A stretch of 64,000 bases of DNA, taken from assembly GCA_964637295.1 (NCBI GenBank), contig CAZWWE010000002.1, forward strand, positions 43,108 to 107,107, given 5' to 3'. The DNA comes from an uncultured Pseudomonadales bacterium. GTDB lineage: Bacteria; Patescibacteriota; Microgenomatia; UBA1400; PJMF01. Shown here one piece after another: positions 60,168 to 64,000 of this stretch (position 1 is its first letter; each line of letters opens with the position of its first letter). Below the pieces are notes generated by a model, which did no database searches, was not told the origin of the DNA, and saw only the letters and a list, made by a program, of their open reading frames with translations. The translations under genes and the position numbers were made by a program.

Positions 60168-62273
60168 TTATTTTTTAATAAACGAAATAATTTTTGATTT
60201 TTTTGCTTCCCATTTTTTATACCCATTTTTCATAAATGAATAACAATTTTTTTGAATTTTTTCTATGTTACTCAACTCAATATTTTTAGGATCACTTAAA
60301 TCAAATAAATAACCAGTTTTATTATTTTTTATGTATTCATTCATGGTTGGATTATTGACAGCAATCACAGCTTTGCCCATAGCCATCGCTTCTAAAAACG
60401 AAAGGCCAATTCCTTCGTGTTCTCTAGGAGCTATATAAAGAGCAGATTCTTTAATCAAATTAAATAATTCATCTCTAGTTTTAAACCAAGTTGAATAGGC
60501 AATTGAAAACTTTTTTTCCTGTTCTTTAGTTGGTTTTGTAAAAGTGTGCTCTGGATCAATGGCTTGGTGAAGGTGAATCTCCAAGTTTTGATTTGCTTTG
60601 GAAAAAATTTTTTCTAAAGTATTGATGTCTAAATTACTAACTCGCTGCCAAAAAAATACTTTTTTAGCATCACCAGCAAAAAATTTATTTGGTTTAGGAA
60701 AATATTGTAAGTGCAATGAATTCAAACCTAAATTAATGAGCTTTTTATGTAAAGTTTTGGAAAAATTCAAAAACTTGAGATTTTTGTATTGCAACCAATA
60801 CTCATTTGGTAAGCCACCACTCCCGTCATACATTGGACAAAAAATAAGATTTTTGTTTTTAATTTTAGCAAGAATTTCTGGAGAGTAGATGTTTTGAAAA
60901 AACATCACTCCAAGATAAGAATCGTCAATAAAATCAAGGCTTGGAGCTTTTTTACCTTGCCAGGTTTCGTCTAACACGACCGTTACATCAAAATGTTCTT
61001 TTAAAAAATCAATTAAAAATGCGGTTGATTGTGTTTTGGCATGATAGGAATGGCCGATATAAACAATTTTTTTAGACTGTCTGTTTGTATCAGAGTTAAA
61101 ATACTTAATAAAATTCTTTAATCTGACCTTAAACAGCATGAGTAGATACCGAAAAAAATATAAATATAAATGATATGTCTTTTTAAGAAACTTTCTTCGT
61201 AAACTATTTTTTGGCAATAAAAATTTTACAAATCCACGAATTTTTTCAGCTAGTTTCCAAAGTTTGGTATTTTGCATCGTATTTAAAATATTATTTAATC
61301 GACCTATTTCATTTTGACTTTGCAAAAGACGTAACTCTAAGTTTTTCCTCGCTTTCAAAAGGTTGGAAATCTCTTTATCCTTATCAACTATCTCTTTATT
61401 CTTATATTTTAACTTATCCAACAAATTAAATACTTTCGCTTCAAATACAGAAGCAATTTGCTCATAAGATTGGGGAGAATTTTTAATTAATTTGTTTGAA
61501 TTATCAATTTTCTTAATTTTTCTAGCTAATTGGAAATCCTCTTCTAGTAAACTTTTTAAATTCGAGTGATTGGCACTTGTTAAAAATAACTTTTTTTTGT
61601 TCAATTTGGTTTTACTTAAAACATGTAAATTGTCTTGAGTGTAAAAGAACAAGTTCATTGCATTTGCTATAAATTCCAAGCTCTTCTTTGAATAAAAAGC
61701 TATATGTTGACCAGTTTCCGGAGTAAAGTACCACCATTGATTTGAGTTGTTAAATTCTAGATCTGGATATAGTTCAGTGGAAAAAACAACTACATCAGAA
61801 TATTGAAAAATCTTCTTAATTTCCTTCATTGGATCGGTAAAATGCTCAAAAACTTCAAGAGCTGTCACTAACTCAAATTTGGAGTTTTTAGGAAGATTGT
61901 CTAATTCAAAATTTTGAGCATACAAATTAGCACAAAATTTATCTTGATGATAGTAATCAAAGCCCTTGTCCCTCATTAACCTAGTAAACATGCCATAACC
62001 GCCAGCATAATCCAAAAACTTTGCTTTTACATCAAAATTATTGATGATTAAATTCGAAATGAGTTCTGCATAATTCAAATTCCTTGAAATTAGACCTAAG
62101 TCTAGGTTGGTTATTGCATTTCCATAAGCTTCATCCAACCAATAAGGCTTATCTGTTTGAATGAAACCACAATTGGCACATTTGTAATAACCTACATCAT
62201 ACTTGTCAAGAATTTTGCTATTAAAAATATGTTTTGTCGGAGATGAACAAATCTTGCAATTTGATTTAGACAT
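60168..62273 (-). CDS. Trifunctional-architecture protein: Zn-ribbon + class I SAM methyltransferase / ~100-aa coiled coil / GT4 glycosyltransferase
   Basis: N-terminal CKICSS...CANCG Zn ribbon plus the methyltransferase fold (FLDYAGGYGMFT...ELVTALEVFEH). Central heptad-rich segment around residues 250-350. C-terminal EHEGIGLSFLEAMAMGKAVIAVNNP is the GT4 E-x7-E motif. Confidence 0.65.
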   Translation of the reverse strand: MSKSNCKICSSPTKHIFNSKILDKYDVGYYKCANCGFIQTDKPYWLDEAYGNAITNLDLGLISRNLNYAELISNLIINNFDVKAKFLDYAGGYGMFTRLMRDKGFDYYHQDKFCANLYAQNFELDNLPKNSKFELVTALEVFEHFTDPMKEIKKIFQYSDVVVFSTELYPDLEFNNSNQWWYFTPETGQHIAFYSKKSLEFIANAMNLFFYTQDNLHVLSKTKLNKKKLFLTSANHSNLKSLLEEDFQLARKIKKIDNSNKLIKNSPQSYEQIASVFEAKVFNLLDKLKYKNKEIVDKDKEISNLLKARKNLELRLLQSQNEIGRLNNILNTMQNTKLWKLAEKIRGFVKFLLPKNSLRRKFLKKTYHLYLYFFRYLLMLFKVRLKNFIKYFNSDTNRQSKKIVYIGHSYHAKTQSTAFLIDFLKEHFDVTVVLDETWQGKKAPSLDFIDDSYLGVMFFQNIYSPEILAKIKNKNLIFCPMYDGSGGLPNEYWLQYKNLKFLNFSKTLHKKLINLGLNSLHLQYFPKPNKFFAGDAKKVFFWQRVSNLDINTLEKIFSKANQNLEIHLHQAIDPEHTFTKPTKEQEKKFSIAYSTWFKTRDELFNLIKESALYIAPREHEGIGLSFLEAMAMGKAVIAVNNPTMNEYIKNNKTGYLFDLSDPKNIELSNIEKIQKNCYSFMKNGYKKWEAKKSKIISFIKK

Positions 62274-62811
62274 TGTGTTTAATTTTCTTTATTAACTTGG
62301 CTGGATTCCCAGCAAAAATTGTAAAATCTGGAACATCCTTTGTTACTACACTCCCAGCACCAATTACACTATGTTTACCGATTATAACTCCTGATAAAAT
62401 TATTGCCCCACTTCCAATCCAAGCTCCTTCTTTTATCAAAATCGGCTTTTCAATAATGCTAGTCTGCCTTTTCAATCCTAACTCGAAATAATTATGACTT
62501 CTTGCTAGAACTTGAACGTGGTGCCCAAAAAAAACAAAGTCTCCAATTTTTATTTTACCTTCATTATCTCCAGCATTTAACAGAACATCAGTTAAATATA
62601 CATTGCTACCAATCTCTATGTTTTTATGTCCAGAATAAATTTTAAATTCTTTTTCACAAAAAACATTTTTCCCAATAATAGAGATCATATCCAGATGCTC
62701 AGACGCAGTCATTTCTTTACGTAAAATAAATTTATTTCTTGTATGATCTTGATTAAAAATAAAAAAAATTCTTAAAAATCTATTTACAAAATTTTTTAAC
62801 ATACCACTCAT
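62266..62811 (-). CDS. Hexapeptide-repeat (left-handed beta-helix) sugar O-acetyltransferase
   Basis: Repeating [LIV]G-x4 hexapeptides: IGSNVYL..., [44 protein letters not shown]. ~180 aa, like WbbJ/LacA/MAT-type enzymes. Confidence 0.75.
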   Translation of the reverse strand: MSGMLKNFVNRFLRIFFIFNQDHTRNKFILRKEMTASEHLDMISIIGKNVFCEKEFKIYSGHKNIEIGSNVYLTDVLLNAGDNEGKIKIGDFVFFGHHVQVLARSHNYFELGLKRQTSIIEKPILIKEGAWIGSGAIILSGVIIGKHSVIGAGSVVTKDVPDFTIFAGNPAKLIKKIKHNV

Positions 62812-63712
62812 AAGTCCTCTTCAACCCTGTTTTGAAGTCAGTTTTATACTTCCAACCCAATCTATTTAAACGGCTCACGTCAAGTAATTTTCTCGGTGTG
62901 CCATCAGGCTTACTAGTATTCCAATAAATTTGACCTTCGTAATCTACCACTTCTTTGATCATCTCTGCTAGTTCTTTAATGGTGCAGTCTTCACCAGTAC
63001 CAATGTTTACAATTTCTGATCCATCATAAGTATTCATTAAGAAAACTACTGCAGAAGCCAGATCATCGACGTACAAAAACTCCCTCATTGGACTGCCCGT
63101 ACCCCAAACTTCTACCTTAGCTTGCTTGTTGACTTTGGCTTCATGAAACTTTCTGAGGAGAGAAGGCAAAACATGAGCACTTTCTAAATCAAAATTGTCA
63201 TTGATGCCATAAAGATTGGTTGGCATCACTGAAATAAAATTAGTGCCATATTGCTTGTTATAACTTTGGCACATAGTAATCCCAGCTATTTTGGCGATGG
63301 CATAAGCATCGTTAGTTTCTTCTAAGGGGCCAGTAAGTAAATACTCTTCTTTAATAGGTTGAGGAGCTTGACGAGGATAGATACAAGAAGACCCTAAAAA
63401 TAATAGTTTCTTAACACCAAATTTATAAGCATTGTGAATTAGGTTATTTTGAACTTCTAAGTTCTCAAAAATAAACTCAGCTTTTTGATTTTTATTCGCC
63501 CAAATCCCGCCCACTTTAGCGGCTGCACAAAAAACATATTCTGGTTTTTCTTTAGCAAAAAATTCTTCCGTAGCCACTTGACTCATTAAATCCAACTCTT
63601 TTCTAGTTCTTTTGAGAATATTGGTGTAGCCTTGTTTTTCAAGTTCTCGGACAATGGCACTACCTACTAAGCCGCGGTGGCCGGCCACGTAAATTTTTGA
63701 GTTTTTTTGCAT
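62780..63712 (-). CDS. fcl: GDP-L-fucose synthase (GDP-4-keto-6-deoxy-D-mannose 3,5-epimerase/4-reductase)
   Basis: [29 protein letters not shown] is the Fcl/WcaG N-terminal signature. Also [11 protein letters not shown] and AYAIAKIAG (catalytic Y/K). Confidence 0.85.
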   Translation of the reverse strand: MQKNSKIYVAGHRGLVGSAIVRELEKQGYTNILKRTRKELDLMSQVATEEFFAKEKPEYVFCAAAKVGGIWANKNQKAEFIFENLEVQNNLIHNAYKFGVKKLLFLGSSCIYPRQAPQPIKEEYLLTGPLEETNDAYAIAKIAGITMCQSYNKQYGTNFISVMPTNLYGINDNFDLESAHVLPSLLRKFHEAKVNKQAKVEVWGTGSPMREFLYVDDLASAVVFLMNTYDGSEIVNIGTGEDCTIKELAEMIKEVVDYEGQIYWNTSKPDGTPRKLLDVSRLNRLGWKYKTDFKTGLKRTYEWYVKKFCK

Positions 63713-63834
63713 TTTAATAACCTTTTTCTAAATATATAAATTAACGTCTAGTAAAAATAATACCACAGAAATACAATTCTGAATCAAAAACATTTATTAT
63801 TTTATGATAAAGTTACATGATAACTAAATAATCA

Positions 63835-64000
63835 TGAAAAATATAAAAACAAAATACATTATTATAGGAGCTGGCCCAGCTGGATTAACCTTTGCAAATA
63901 AGCTTTTAGAACTAGGAGAGGATTCGTTTATTGTCTTAGAAAAAAACGCAGAAGCCGGAGGTCTTTGTAAAAGCAAAGTAATTGATAACTCTCCAATTGA
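63835..64000 (+). CDS. FAD/NAD(P)-binding oxidoreductase, N-terminal fragment truncated by the window end
   Basis: MKNIKTKYIIIGAGPAGLTFANKLLELGEDSFIVLEKNAEAGGLC is a GxGxxG dinucleotide-binding fold of the amine-oxidase/mutase type. Runs off the window. Confidence 0.45.

Overview
Low-GC (~33%), very gene-dense window, read here as standard genetic code (bacterial, translation table 11). The first ~4.4 kb encodes a fermentative ATP module: the C-terminus of pyruvate formate-lyase, its radical-SAM activase, an ADP-forming acetyl-CoA synthetase and a fused PPAT-DPCK CoA-biosynthesis gene. An AP endonuclease (xth) follows. Around a tRNA-Gln(CUG) sits a small signalling cluster: an NTase-like gene coupled to a histidine-kinase-like protein whose H-box appears to have Gln in place of His, an attenuator-like leader, an OmpR-type regulator lacking the phospho-acceptor Asp, and a stand-alone HATPase-like ORF. 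The remaining ~50 kb (9.7-63.7 kb) is one huge cell-surface glycan locus. It holds more than 35 glycosylation genes: nucleotide-sugar enzymes (gmd, rmd-like, ugd, rmlB, rmlD, glf, GalE-like epimerase, fcl), many GT2/GT4/GT8 transferases, several GtrB/Ppm1-like polyprenyl-phosphate-sugar synthases each next to large GT-C membrane transferases (ArnT/PMT-like, YfhO-like, PIG-V-like), an LCP ligase, a Wzx flippase, a Wzm/Wzt ABC exporter, a sugar O-acetyltransferase and a methyltransferase-coiled-coil-GT4 fusion. trmD, argS and a HigB/HigA-like toxin-antitoxin pair are embedded in it. No CRISPR array, integrase or transposase was seen. Gene content (PFL/ACD fermentation, many ArnT-like paralogs) fits a CPR/Patescibacteria-like or other small low-GC genome, but taxonomy cannot be fixed from sequence alone.
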